From the human T2T-CHM13v2.0 reference genome, Homo sapiens, in assembly GCF_009914755.1 (NCBI RefSeq), contig NC_060930.1: 64,000 nt of DNA, one strand, 5' to 3'. This document shows, piece by piece, positions 19,630-33,389 of the stretch. The notes beneath the pieces were generated by a model. The model ran no database searches and was not told the DNA's origin. It saw only the letters and a list, made by a program, of their open reading frames with translations. Each line of letters starts with the position of its first letter. Within the stretch, counting starts at the first letter, position 1. Position numbers and translations under genes: made by a program.

Positions 19630-19860
19630 TCAACAGTTATTTATTGCCTGCTATTTGCCAAAGACTGCAAGGCACTGTGAAGACAACAGTGAACTAAACA
19701 GATAAAAATCCCTGTCCTCATCTGGGTAGGGCTGGGGGAGGACAGGGCAGACATAAGCAAGTAAAACATGTAAGTTATTATTTGGTGAAAAGTATTAAAG
19801 AGAAAAAAGGACAGGCTTGTAGGGATTGAGGGCTAGGTGTGCAGGCTGCTATTTTAAATA
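19630..19860 (-). mobile_element. L2 fragment
   Basis: TTATTTATTGCCTGCTATTTGCCAAAGACTG...CAGTGAACTAAACAGATAAAAATCCCTGTCCTCAT, an antisense L2 3' end pattern. Confidence 0.6.
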
Positions 19861-20601
19861 TAATAACATTACTTACCCCTTACACAATTTTGTTAATTAT
19901 TAGTGAGATATTAAGTTTATGATTTTAATTAAAACCATGAATTAGTCTTTCCTAAGTCAACGAGGTTATCTGCTCACAAATTAAAAACATCTACACAAAT
20001 TTTTGTAGCTATTTATATTTAATGAAAAAGTTTATCAGCATTTCTCACATACTTTCAATGAGAGCACTCTGACCACTTAAAGATCACAAGTAAGCATAAA
20101 GTGTCTCATTTTAGAAGTTCTATCGTAATGATAGAAGTACTATTTAAACTCATAGAAGATGAAGGAGTAGGAAACCATGCCTTCAGACTTAGCAAAGATC
20201 CTCATTTCTTTCTTCAATCACCTAGTCTGCATTTGCAAATATTGCAACATACATTTCAGACAAAGTTTTCAATTGTACCCTTTGATACAAAATTTCACAA
20301 TGCAAAATGGTTGCAAAATTCCTCCAACATATAACAATACAATATTTACTTTACTCTCAAAGACTTGGCTTCGAAAGCAGGTTAGTGCAAACCACAGGCA
20401 CCAGAACATTAATAGGAAAGAGTCTAGAGAGTGGACCTCAGTGCAGATCTGCAGTATCATCAAGAAAGCAGGCTTGTGTGCCCATTGCCTGCCTAGTGAG
20501 TGGGAAGTAAACTGCTTTGGGAGCTTCTTTCAAGATTCCTATTTAAAAGGTCATTATTAAGGAAAAGAGAGTCTGCCGTAGGAATTTTGAAGATATGCTA
20601 T

Positions 20602-20950
20602 TGTATTAGTATGTTTTCATGCTGCTGATAAAGACATACCTGAAACCGGGAAGAAAAAGAGGTTTAATGGACTTACAGTTCCACGTGGCTGGGGAGACCT
20701 CACAATCATGGCGGAAGGCAAGGAGGACCAAGTCACATCTTACACGGATGGCAGCAGGCAAAAAGAGAGTTTGGGCAGGGAAACTCCCCCTTTTCAAAAC
20801 CATCAGATCTCATGAGACTTATGCGCTATCATGAGAACAGCATGGGAAAGACCCGCCCCCATGATTCAATTACCTCCCACCAGGTGCCTCCCACAACACA
20901 TGGGAATTCAAGATGAGATTTGGCTGTGCGGACACAGACAAACCATATCA
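20602..20950 (-). mobile_element. THE1B-like MaLR solo LTR
   Basis: TGTATTAGT...AAACCATATCA termini; perfect 5-bp TSD GCTAT (20597-20601, 20951-20955). Confidence 0.92.
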
Positions 20951-21119
20951 GCTATTTAAATTTTTACATAATGTATCAAAGTTTAATTCCCTTGTTTTGA
21001 AATATACATGTAATTCAAAATGGTTCTGATTGCTTCTGCCTTTGACACAGAATCATAGCCATTTTGAAACAGACATGAGGCATGTTCTCTTAACTTAATG
21101 AGTATTTACTACTCACTGG

Positions 21120-21310
21120 AGAATGGTTTATAAGCATTATCTTGTTCCATTCTCTTAAGACTCAATAAAATAATTGTTAGCATATCCATTTACAGTTGAG
21201 AAAACTGAAGCACAAAGAGGTTTAAAAAGTTTCTCAGGTACACACAGATAGGAGGTAGCAGAATTGGAAATGAAACCTAAGTTTATGTGACCCTAAAGTT
21301 CATAACCTTA
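21120..21310 (-). mobile_element. MIR fragment
   Basis: CCATTTACAGTTGAGAAAACTGAAGCACAAAGAGGTTTAA antisense MIR core. Confidence 0.65.
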
Positions 21311-21771
21311 ACCTTAATATTAAGCTGCTATTAGCCAGATGATGTTTTAAATGAGTCATTAGTATTCTTTTCTTTTTAGGAGGCTGGAATATCTCATTCG
21401 AATGGTCCTGCTCCTTTTAAGGAGGAAATTTATTTTATGTATAACTATGACTTCGAAGTTTAGAATAACCCCTACCACCACAAAAAATAAAAACAAAAAC
21501 CAATGATCAAACACAGAGGAGAAACAATCCCCGAACTACAGGAAATTGCATTCTAAGGGTTGCTATAACTAAACATCTCTCGGTTTTGGAATGTGAATAA
21601 AGCTTTCAGGGGTAATGGCAATATTTTAAGTCTATTATTATCCATCGTAATAATAACACTTCTTAAATAAATATTTAATAATAAGCTTAGATTCCTAGAG
21701 TCACTGGCACATCTCTTGTTCTCTTCCTATAATCTGGTTTCTAATCTTTCTCTTCAATTTTTAACCTTCTA

Positions 21772-21950
21772 CAGCTGCACTGTCCAGTAGGGTAGCCACT
21801 AGTCACATGTGGCAGCTAAGCATTTGACAGGTTGCTAGTACGAATTGGGACACCCTGTAAGTGTAAGCTATCTCAATTGTTAATATCGATTACATATTTA
21901 ATGATATTTTGATACATTGGGTTAAATAAAATGTTTTTAATTTTATTTAA
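21772..21950. mobile_element. MER3-like hAT-Charlie DNA element
   Basis: CTGCACTGTCCAGTAGGGTAGCCACTAGTCACATGTGGC...GATATTTTGATACATTGGGTTAAATAAAA. Confidence 0.65.
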
Positions 21951-23511
21951 TTTACATTGTATTAGGTTATTCCCAGAATACATGAGATCTACTGCCTATA
22001 TTTCAAAGGAGTTACTAAAACAGAGATCTAAGACTGAGTAGGTCTTGGTTAGTATGCTAAGCTTTGGTTTTTGGGGAACTAAAATTGTCCCTATGAGCTC
22101 GAATTGGGGCTTTCTTATTTACCTAAAAACATATCATTAGGTCAATCAGTTTAATCAGGCTATTCTTCCCTGATCACTAGAATTCTGAAAAGTTAACCCT
22201 AACTAAATCCCTTTAATATGTGTGAAAAACTAGACTTCAGTTGTCCTTTCTAATCATGAAGACCACTGTGTTGACAGGATTATTGAGCACTGTGTCTTTG
22301 AATCTTCTCCCTGGGAGAACCCTGACAGTAGAAGACCATTAAGAGTTAAGTGGAGGTGATGCCCATCTCTGGATGCGGGCTTTGAGTTTTGAACTTTGAG
22401 CTTTGCAGGAGCTCAAATTTTCTTCGTATCTCCAGTTTTGGTTTTAAATTCATGCAAACTTAGGATTTTACTCTATAACATTTTTTAATATAAAAATCAA
22501 TTAAAAATTAACACTGGATCCACCAACTTCCAGACTTCTTTAAGTGAGCTCAGGTTTGTGTTAAGATATTTTCAGTTTGTTATTTTAATTCTTAGTCAAG
22601 AACTTCTCAATTGATATACCATAACAGAAGCAAGAAGAATATAAAATGTTAACAACAAAAGATGAAGCCTAACACCTTGGATGTTCTGGATGTTCCAAAA
22701 ATGTTCATGGATGATGAATATAACTATCAAATGAGTAAAGTTTTAATGTCAAAAATATCCCCAAAAAAGTCTATCTATTTTTCTGGGAGCTTATTTCACT
22801 AACAAATGCAGGATGTGTCCCAATTAAACCTCAGGAGCACATGGCCTTTATTTACCAGTAAAGTTTGTCCCAGATATTAAACGGTCTTGCTCAACTACAG
22901 TTTACTGTCCACAGCCAAGACAGCTATATGTTCCCATAGCATATGTAGTGCAGATGACACAGCTAGTGTAGGCATTTTTCTGCTTTTCTAGTTGCTTTTA
23001 TATCTGCCCTGAATTCTTACTGTAATATTCACTCCAAAACTTGCTCAATTGATTTCAAGAGGATTTCTCAATAGCTGGTATACCCCAAGCCACTTACTTC
23101 GAGTTACAAGAAAACTATGTTCTCATCCTAACCCCACCTGCCTCTTAAACCTCTACTTCTGTCTCTTCCTCTGGGAACTGAATAGTCAGGGATTCCCAGG
23201 GGAACAAGAGAGCCTGGAAATGGGTCTCAAGAGACCCAGTTGTGAGAGCTGTGTTAAGATAGCTGGCCTGTGGTCCCCAGGACAAGCACTGGCCTCATCA
23301 GGAGTGAATACTCTTATCTAGAAGGACAGGTACACATTGTTTTCCTCTTCCAAGACTTGAGTTGCTGGACACCAACTCAAACTCTGGACACTTCATTCTC
23401 TTCAGATCTTACTGCAACACTTGGAAATTTCAACATGGCAGTCTACCAGATCTAATTCTATACCAACACACTGTGTAAAGATCAGTTCTTCCCCTTCTTA
23501 AAACATTTTCG

Positions 23512-23801
23512 TGGCTAACGCATGTAATCCCAGCACTTTGGGAGGCTGAGGCAGGCAGATCACGAGGTCAGGAGATCGAGACCATCCTGGCTAACATGGT
23601 GAAACCCCGTCTCTACTAAAAATACAAAAAATTAGCCGGGCGTGGTGGCGGGCGCCTGTAGTCCCAGCTACTCGGGAGGCTGAGTTGAGGCAGGAGAACG
23701 GCCTGAACCCGGGAGGCAGAGCTTGCAGTGAGCCGAGACGGCACCACTGCACTCCAGCCTGGGCGACAGAGAGAGACTCTGCCTCAAAAAAAAAAAAAAA
23801 A
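23512..23801 (+). mobile_element. AluY (slightly 5' truncated), within degraded L2-like sequence
   Basis: AluY diagnostics and A tail. Confidence 0.9.
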
Positions 23802-24342
23802 TTTTGCTGCCTTTCCATTTTCCTTAGAACAATCTCTGAAATCCCTAAAGTTGATGTGGTGTACAAGGACTTCCTCAGCCCACCTGGTCACCCTCTCCCT
23901 CTCTGACCTTCTTCTCTTACATCACCCTCCAACCAGCCAGACTCCTTCTGGTCCTTCCCTCCCCCCGTGAGCCTTTCCCATAAATCTCCACTGCCTGGAA
24001 AGCCCACCCCCCTCCCCAGCAGATTCATCCCACCCATCCCTCACATCATTTCCCCAGGGGCACCTTTTCCAACCCCAAAGACTAAGTTGTTTCTTCATTG
24101 TATGGTCTCAGGGCTCCTTGCATGCTCTTTTTGCCTACAGTTGCCACACTTATAATTATTTTATTGTCTTATATAACTTTTTGATTATTTATTTAAAGGA
24201 TTTATTTCACCCTAGATTGTAAATCCCCTGAGATTAGAGAAGGTTTCACTGCTGATTCCTTGAACAACAATTTTGGCTGATAGGATCAACCATGTGAAAT
24301 GGCCGATAGACCAACATCTTGACCTTAAAAAAAGTCAGTTTT

Positions 24343-24644
24343 AGGCTGTGTGCAATGGCTCATGCCTGTAATCCCAGCACTTTTGGAGGCAGAGGCAGGT
24401 GGATAACTTAAGCTCAGGAATTCGAGACCAGCTTGGGCAACATAGCAAGACCCTGTCTCTAGAAAAAACAGAAAACATTAGCAAGGCATGGTGGTGCATG
24501 CCTGTGGTCATAGCTACTTGGGAGGCTGAAACAGGAGGATTACTTGAGCCCAGGAAATCAAGGCTACAGTGAGCTGTGATCATCCCACTGTACTCCAGCC
24601 TGGGTGGCAGAGTGAGAGACCCTGTCTCAAAAAAAAAAAAAAAA
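24343..24644 (+). mobile_element. AluJ
   Basis: Diverged full Alu; degenerate TSD AAAGTCAGTTTTA/AAAGTTAATTTTA. Confidence 0.88.
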
Positions 24645-24732
24645 GTTAATTTTATATGATCCAATTCAATAACCATTCAATACATATTTATCAAATAAAT
24701 ACATTAATAAACCATACATTGTGGTTTTAGGT

Positions 24733-24751
24733 GGTGTGTGTGTGTGTGTGT
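24733..24751 (+). repeat. (TG)n microsatellite
   Basis: Run of GT dinucleotides. Confidence 0.85.
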
Positions 24752-25649
24752 ATAATCAGCTACTAATGTAAATTTTTACTTTTAAAAGAAACTCCTTAAG
24801 TTCTGCTAACTTTTTAAATGTATTTCATTGGGTTTCATAGATATTTCTCAAAGTTAAACACAACAACAAATTCCAAAAATGGTCCCTACTAGAAATACAA
24901 GTTTGGCAATTTCCCTCACCTCCTTTGATCTTAGGTTAATTTTCTATTCTCCTGAGTTTTCTTCATTCTTCTGTGAAATTAAATTCAGCCGCCTGTCGAG
25001 CTCTCTGGATCCCTTGCAGGTGAGTTCTGCATGACTTCCTTCTGACCTGTGGAAGGAGGAACAAGGAATATTTCCAAATTTTGCACTGCCACCCCCTTCC
25101 CTCCCTGAGCGTTAGGCTAGACAGTAGTGGCCAGAAGCCCTTCTTGCTTCTCTCCTCCTGAAATTGATTCAGCCATTTAAGACTATGACTGTTCTCCCAC
25201 ACAGAAACTCCTCTCCAGAAATGCTTGGCCCAAACTCCCCTAACATTTGTAACTTCGTATAACTCTTTTGGTTCAAGTGCAACAAAAAATGAGTGGTACG
25301 GTGATGCCAATTTTGAGGTATCATAGTTAAGCCATGCTAAGTCACTTTAAAAACATTCCATTTTATTCCTCCCACAAAGTCACCCCCTCAGAGACTCTGG
25401 ATGAGGGGAATACTGAGGGAGGAAAACATCCAGAAGAACAGAAAAAGGCAGTGATGTGGGACTTGAAAAATACTGCACAGAATTCTGTCTTCACCCCAAA
25501 GGCTGATTATTATAAATTAGACAGTTTGCCCACCTCAAGCAAGCATTCAACAGGCACATCCTATGTGCCAGTACTGTGATAACCAGCACCTTAGAGGCAC
25601 TGGCATCCTGGCTTATGAAGCCCAAGGAAGGTAAAGAAGAGATGATTTT

Positions 25650-25952
<303 letters not shown>

Positions 25953-26934
25953 TTAAATAAGAAGAGATGATTTGATGATACAGAGAAAAATAGGAATGAT
26001 CTAAAAGAAAGCAACTGAAATGGCTTGCTGCTCAAACTTAAAGCCTTTGCTAAATGCCCATGCTTTGGAGCACTAGAGAATGCCTGCTTTAAATATAGGA
26101 CAAGAGAGGTGCTGTGCATCATGAAATAAAATGATGCCTAACGGCTAACTGGAAGAAAACAAAGATGAAGGAAGAACAAGTGGTCTAAGAAGAAAGGAGC
26201 AAGTCCTTCAGAAAGAAGGTTCTTGAAAACATCACATCCTGTCCCTCATCCCACCTCAGGAGCTGCTTGCGATCCAGGACGCCTGAAACCCTGCCTTTCC
26301 AGGGAGATTAGGGTAGAAAGCTCTCCCAGTAACAATCTGCTGATTTGAATTTCTGATGAATAGCAGCTCTGTGGAATTTATCAACATAGCCAGACCAGAG
26401 CCACTCTCCAAGGGACAAAGAGCCAGCATCGCCTGAGAGGAGAAGCTTTCTCTCCTTCACCCAGACTCAGCACTTGGTCTGTACCTGGCAAAAACAGGAA
26501 ACAACAGCAATAATAGGAAAAGGAGAGTGTGCACGCACAACAGTCACAGTAATCCTGCCTTGGAAGGCCAACCAGATCGCTCAAGATCCCCACTCCTTTA
26601 ATCCTTAATGCTCAATTCAGTGAGCACAATTATGAAATCTGTTTTACAGACGAGGAAACTGACGCTTGATTGATTGAGCCAGAGGTAAAACCCAGATGTG
26701 TCTGACACTACATCTCCAAATCTCTATATAGCCAAACATTGCATCTGAAATTCATGGCTTCCTTACTCTCTTAAATCATTTCCAAGTTAATTGATTCTAC
26801 AGTCTATAGACCTGAAAGTAATTAATCATGGAAATGTTGAGGAATAAACTAGTTTTTCATATACTGCCTTTCTACTCATCATCCCTTTTGCTGACAGTCT
26901 GCTGCAATGAAAACATGACACCAAGGATCTATTT

Positions 26935-27416
26935 ACTTTATTTTTAAACAGCTTTATTGTGATATAATTCATATACCATACAGTTCACCTATTTAAAGCG
27001 TGCTATTCAGAGGCTTTTAGTATATTTACAGTTGTGCAACCAGCACTGCTATCGAATTCCAGAGCATTTTCATCACCCAAAAAAAAAGAAACCCCGACCC
27101 ATTAACAGCCGCTCCTCATTCCCCCTCCCGACAGTCCCTGGTAACCACTAATCTACTTTGTCTTTACTGCCAACTCTGGACATTTCATATAAATGAATCA
27201 TACAATATGTGGTCTTTTGTGTCTGGCTTCTTTACTTAGCACAATGTCTTCAGGGTTTATCCAGGTTGTAGCGTGTGTCAGTACTTCATTCCATTTTATT
27301 TCTGAATAATACTCTATTATATGAATATGCCACATTTTCTTCACCCACTTAGCAGTTGACAAACATTTGGATTGTTCTCACTTTTTGACTATAATAAATA
27401 ATATTGCTAATAACAT
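26935..27416 (-). mobile_element. Old L1M (L1MB-like) 3' end
   Basis: CAGCTTTATTGTGATATAATTCATATACCATACAGTTCACCTATTTAAAG antisense L1MB 3' UTR. Confidence 0.78.
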
Positions 27417-27927
27417 TAGATCCATTCACTTTTAATTCATCAGACTTTCCTTTTACCCTAAGGGTTACTGTGAGCTCCCATAAGTCTGTAACAAATTGCT
27501 AGAAGCAAAAAAGGCTAAAATCCCTGGGCAAAAGAGCCATATGTGTGTCATATGTAGAAACTCTGCCCAGTTTACCAACAACTTTCCCATTTTTAGCCTT
27601 AAAGTCCTGGGAAAACTTTGTCCCAGGAAAAATGGAACAGTTGATCATCCTAGACTGGAATTTAGCTCAGAAGACAATTCTAGAAAGTCTATTTCCTGGG
27701 ATGTTTTTTGGTTTCTGGTAAAGGTATGGTTATATTTAAAGAAACTGACTTATGCAGTAACCATCATTTTCCATACTTTCATTTAACAGGAAACAATTAT
27801 TTTTAATTTTTAGTGAACAATGCCTAACATTTTCATATATACTCATTTTAGAGTTACAATCGATGAGGCTATTTGCCTTGCATATTTTTTAAGTGGAATA
27901 CTAGTTACATATTCAAAGGCCTTGTTG

Positions 27928-28238
27928 GGACCGGGCACAGTGCCTCACACCTGTAATTCCAACATTTGGGAGGCTGGGGTGGGTGGATCGCTTGAGCCCA
28001 AGAATTTCAGACCAGTCCAGCCAACACGGCAAAACCCCCATCTCTACAAAAAAATACAAAAATTAGCTGGGGTTGTGGCACGGGCCTGTAGCCCCAGCTT
28101 CTTGGGAGGCTGAGATGACAGGATCACTTGAGCCCAGAAGGCAGAGTTTGCACTAAGCAGAGATGGCACCACTTCACTCCAGCCGGGGTGACGGAAGCAA
28201 GACCCTGTCTCAAAGAAAGAAAAAAAAAATGAAAAAAA
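27928..28238 (+). mobile_element. AluJ
   Basis: Diverged full Alu with A-rich tail. Confidence 0.87.
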
Positions 28239-30812
28239 GCCTTGCTAGAAGCTGAAAAACTTATGTCCACAGGGTGGCGGTGTAACACTCTACAAACTCG
28301 GAATTGAAGTAAAAGCTAAATTAACCAAACTTCATCTTTTATTTGAACTATGCGATTTTATGGGAAAATGGGTAAGACCAACCAACTACTTGTGAAACCA
28401 GTTGCTTTATTTTATATTGATAAACAGCCACTTATGGCTAACTATTGATATATCTGAACCACAGGGTAAAGACAAGAAATACAAATTGGATGCCTTTTTC
28501 GGAGCTTGTTTTTAAAAATGCTTTTGACAGAATTATAGAATCATAGAAACCTTAGAAATCACACAACTCAGTATTTTCAGACATTTTCTCACCAAAAAAA
28601 AAACAAAAAAAAAACACAGGTCATGTTTTCTAGTGCTATATATGCCTGTGACATTTAATAGAATGCAACTTCACCTCTTTCCCTTCACTTAAGAAAGAAT
28701 ATTGAAATTCACATGAGTGACTTTAAGGGGCATTATAAGGGTAATCTCAAATCTTTATTTTTAAATTAACTACTCCCTGGCTTCAATCCTTGATTTTTAG
28801 AAATAAATTACTTGTATATGGTTTCCGGTCAATCCCAACACATGAGTGTGTGAAAGTCCTTAAAGTGAGGAAGTATGATCGTAGCACAACCTCTCATCAA
28901 ATGCTGGACCCACTCTGACAGCATCCTTAGCAGATATCTACCCTCAGGGAAATGGACACGAAAACAATGACCTTTAATGTGCATTGGCTCCATTAGCATA
29001 AACCCAGTGTTTGCAAGCCTGACATTTATTTTGCATATTTTTTTCTTCTAGATTCTTTTTTCCTTTCTTCTAGACTCCTTTTTCCCTCCTGGGGAAATGT
29101 ATACCTTTTCTAGCAAACAGCAACAGACTTGGAATTTAGAAGTTATTTTAGTTTGTTCATGTGATTAAAGGTAAGGGAAAATGTATGCACCAGCCACTTA
29201 CATGATTAAAAAACAACACTGAAATATCTGAGAAAAACAGCTTCTCTGTTATGGTTTGTAACTGGCACCCCAGGCCAGCTTTCACCTTCTGTTAATAATG
29301 AGGCACTATAGGCTCAACAGCTGAGCAAAGATAATTTAGCAAAAGAAAGATAAACACAAACTAAATTTGAACTCAGTGATATATATTTGTATTTTCTAAC
29401 CTTTCTGTGTCAAATCATGATGTCCATGGAATAAAAAGCAATTTGATCTCTCAGGGCTATTTCTGCTGTTATCTGTTTTCTTCTAGGAGTCTTCAGTTCA
29501 ATCTTAGTGGTGTTTCTTTCAGCCACGTTGATTCAGACATTTATGATGGCATTGCTGATATGCAAACATGTAGGCAAACATGTAGGCAATGAAAATCTAA
29601 TCTAGGAGAGACTAAGATAGCACATGTTTAAATTATCTACCCTGTTCTATGAACTTTTGTTTTGACAATCTAAATGCCTACTTCTGTGACTCTTCTAAAC
29701 AAAACTACTGGATAATAACAATTAGATTGATCTGAGTTGTTTTCATTTGTTTTTAATATTAACAAGTGCCCTCCAGGACTGCAATACTTTTGCTGCAGAG
29801 GATCTTTGAGGCATAAAATATATACCTAGGAGTGTGAAAACTCCCGTATTAGTCTGAGTTAAATAATCCTTTCTCTAAATAGTATTGCCTGATATGTGTG
29901 AAGTGATCCTTTGCTAATTAGTTAATACAATTACTCTCTTTTCCCACGAGGCCAGGGACTTCCCACTTGGAGAGTTTCTCAATAGATCCTGAAGTTTACA
30001 TAACAACATCCTGTTTGGTAGAATAGGCGATACAAGCACTCTTCTGAGATGAACGATGCTTTTGAAAACTAAATCTTCAATGTTTCTTTTTGGGATGGTT
30101 GCTCAACTTTGTAACAGATTTCAAAGGCCCATGAAGGCAACTTGTCTGTTGTTGGTTGCTCCGGCATGCAAAACCAGCTTTCTGAGCTCATTAAGGTTTG
30201 TCCATAGGAACTTCCCCTGGAGCTGCCTATGCTGACGTCTGAAAATCTGAGTTACTATTTTTGAGGTCCTGAAGTTCAAACTAGAACTACCTGAGGGTGG
30301 TAATCATAATAGCTTCCACTTACTGAACTCCTTACTACCAAAGCTAGCTGTCTAATCCTTGTGGTTTTTATCCACAGGTGCAAATGAAGAAACAAACTGG
30401 AAAGCTCAGTGACCTACTCAGTGCAGAGCAAGGTTTGAACCTGGGCCTGATACTTACCTTGACCTTTTTCCACTGAACCATCCTGCTGTCCTGGGGCTCT
30501 TTACACAAGGGAGGACAGAGGCTTGTATGGGAAATACCTATATAGCTAACCCAAGAAGCAGTAAGGCAGTGACATGAGTCCTAATGCAAGTTAGAAAGCT
30601 GGACAGCTGTGGCCCCTGCCCTAGGACTACTGAGACAGAACACTTGACCTCCATCAAAGTGTCATCAGTGGTTTTTTATTATAGATATCTCTGACTCTTA
30701 TCCTTTCCTAAACTTGCCTCATTTCAAGGCTTTTTCTGCTTTACTCATTTTTATGTTGTTTGGAATTTCCATATATCTATTACCTTTGTAATTTTTAAGG
30801 CAATGAAGATAC

Positions 30813-31118
30813 TTTTTTTTTTTTTTGAGACAGTCTCACTCTGTCACCCAGGCTGGAGAGAAGTGATGCCATCTCAGCTCACTGCAACCTCCACCTCCCA
30901 GGCTCAAGTGATCCTTCTGTCTCAGCCTCCTGAGTAGCTGGGACTACAGGTGCGTGCTACCACACCTGGCTGATTTTTGGTGCTTTTTTTTTTTTTTCTG
31001 TAGAGACAGGGTTTTGCCATGTTGCCCAGGCTGGTCTTGAACTTCTGAGCTTAAGCAATCCTCCTGCCTTGACCTCCCAAAGTGCTGAGATTGCAGGCAT
31101 GAACCACCTGTGCCCGGC
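30813..31118 (-). mobile_element. AluJ
   Basis: Antisense Alu; TSD GAAGATAC. Confidence 0.88.
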
Positions 31119-31197
31119 GGAAGATACAGTTTTAAAGTTTTGCAAAAATGTTGTCCAAAACTAACATTATAGAGGTATTTGATAGTTTTAAGTGTAG

Positions 31198-31536
<339 letters not shown>

Positions 31537-31919
31537 TGAGAGAAATTATGAAATTGAATCACGGCTTTCTGAGCAGTTTGAAGTGAAGATGGGAATCAGC
31601 ACATTGTGGTCCAAATATCCCTCCCACCATCACCTGTCTTACCTGTAATAGACATTGTTAGGTTTCCTAACAATGATTGAAGCAGGTATGGTGAACAAAG
31701 GACTGCTGGTTACACATGCTCTGGCAGCAAGTGTCTGTGCCTCACCCACCCCAGCCCCCTCCTTGAGCCTAACACTAAGGTGATTTAGTTATATAGAGGA
31801 TGACACTCAAGTCTGTTGCACGCATTAGTTAAAACTAAGAACAGATAAAAGTTCAATAACTCATTTTTTAGGACTCTAAAATGGTCCCATGTCAAAACAA
31901 CTGTCAAATTATCATATAT

Positions 31920-32045
31920 TCCTGCCACTCACTATGTGACTTTGGGCAAGTCACTTAACATCTCTGCTATCATTTCCTCATCCAAAAATGAAAGGGTTGG
32001 AATGTATAATGGTGCATTCTCTTCTAGAATTAACATTCTAGAATT
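31920..32045 (+). mobile_element. MIR fragment
   Basis: TGTGACTTTGGGCAAGTCACTTAACATCTCTG...TTTCCTCATCCAAAAATG. Confidence 0.7.
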
Positions 32046-32421
32046 TTAATGTGTACTTTCAAAATTTCCATGGGTCCTCAGGTTGATTGAGAGAATCAGC
32101 CCCAGAATGATCGCCAGCATAAAACAATCTATGGTAAGGCCAGCTCTGTACAGCTACCACTCCACACCATCTCTCACTTCCCACTCCTGTTTTCTCACCC
32201 CACATTGCAGCAGTTTCCTTCTCTTCTGTCCACCCTTCCTCAATTCCAGCACTCCTTCCTATGCTAGAATCAACTAGACCAAATATTTAGATATGGATTT
32301 ATCTTGGCTTACCAACATTGACTGATTTTACATTAGAACAAAATATCATTAACCATCGTGCAAACACAATGGTTGCACAAAATAAGGAAAAGCCTTGTGT
32401 ACTTCTGAAAATGTGTTTTTA

Positions 32422-32850
<429 letters not shown>

Positions 32851-33336
32851 AAGAAATACCTGTAAAAGTGACCTCAGAACTGTACTACACTGTAGAATTA
32901 CAAAGGCTTTCAAGTATAATATTTTAATATTCCTGATGAGTTTGAGAAGTAGGTTTCATTATCTCTCTCTGATAGATGAGGAATCCAACACTGAAAAAAA
33001 TAATTTGATCAAGAACTCACAGTTAATAACTATGTATGCAAATCTATTAAATTGAGATCCTCCAGGGTAAGGCCATGAAATACAAATTTCTATCTCTAAT
33101 TTTAATTTCCAAGATAATTTACTTTGGCTTGTATAAATCAACTTTATGACTTTTTTCTTGAGAAATATTACCCCAAAATATCCACTCCAAGAATTATAAC
33201 TAGGCTGTTGATGTTTACCTTCTTGGAGATGCCATTGGTGTTTTATGTAATGTTTTGTTTTGTTTTAAAATCCTCTTACATGCCATACCAGAGAAGGTGT
33301 TTAAAAAGTATTTTTTAAAAGAAGGCGTGGGTAGAA

Positions 33337-33389
33337 AGATGGATGGATGGATGGATGGACGGATGGACGGATGGATGGACAGTTGGATG
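33337..33389 (+). repeat. (GGAT/GGAC)n microsatellite
   Basis: GATGGATGGATGGATGGATGGACGGATGGACGGATGGATGGAC. Confidence 0.9.
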
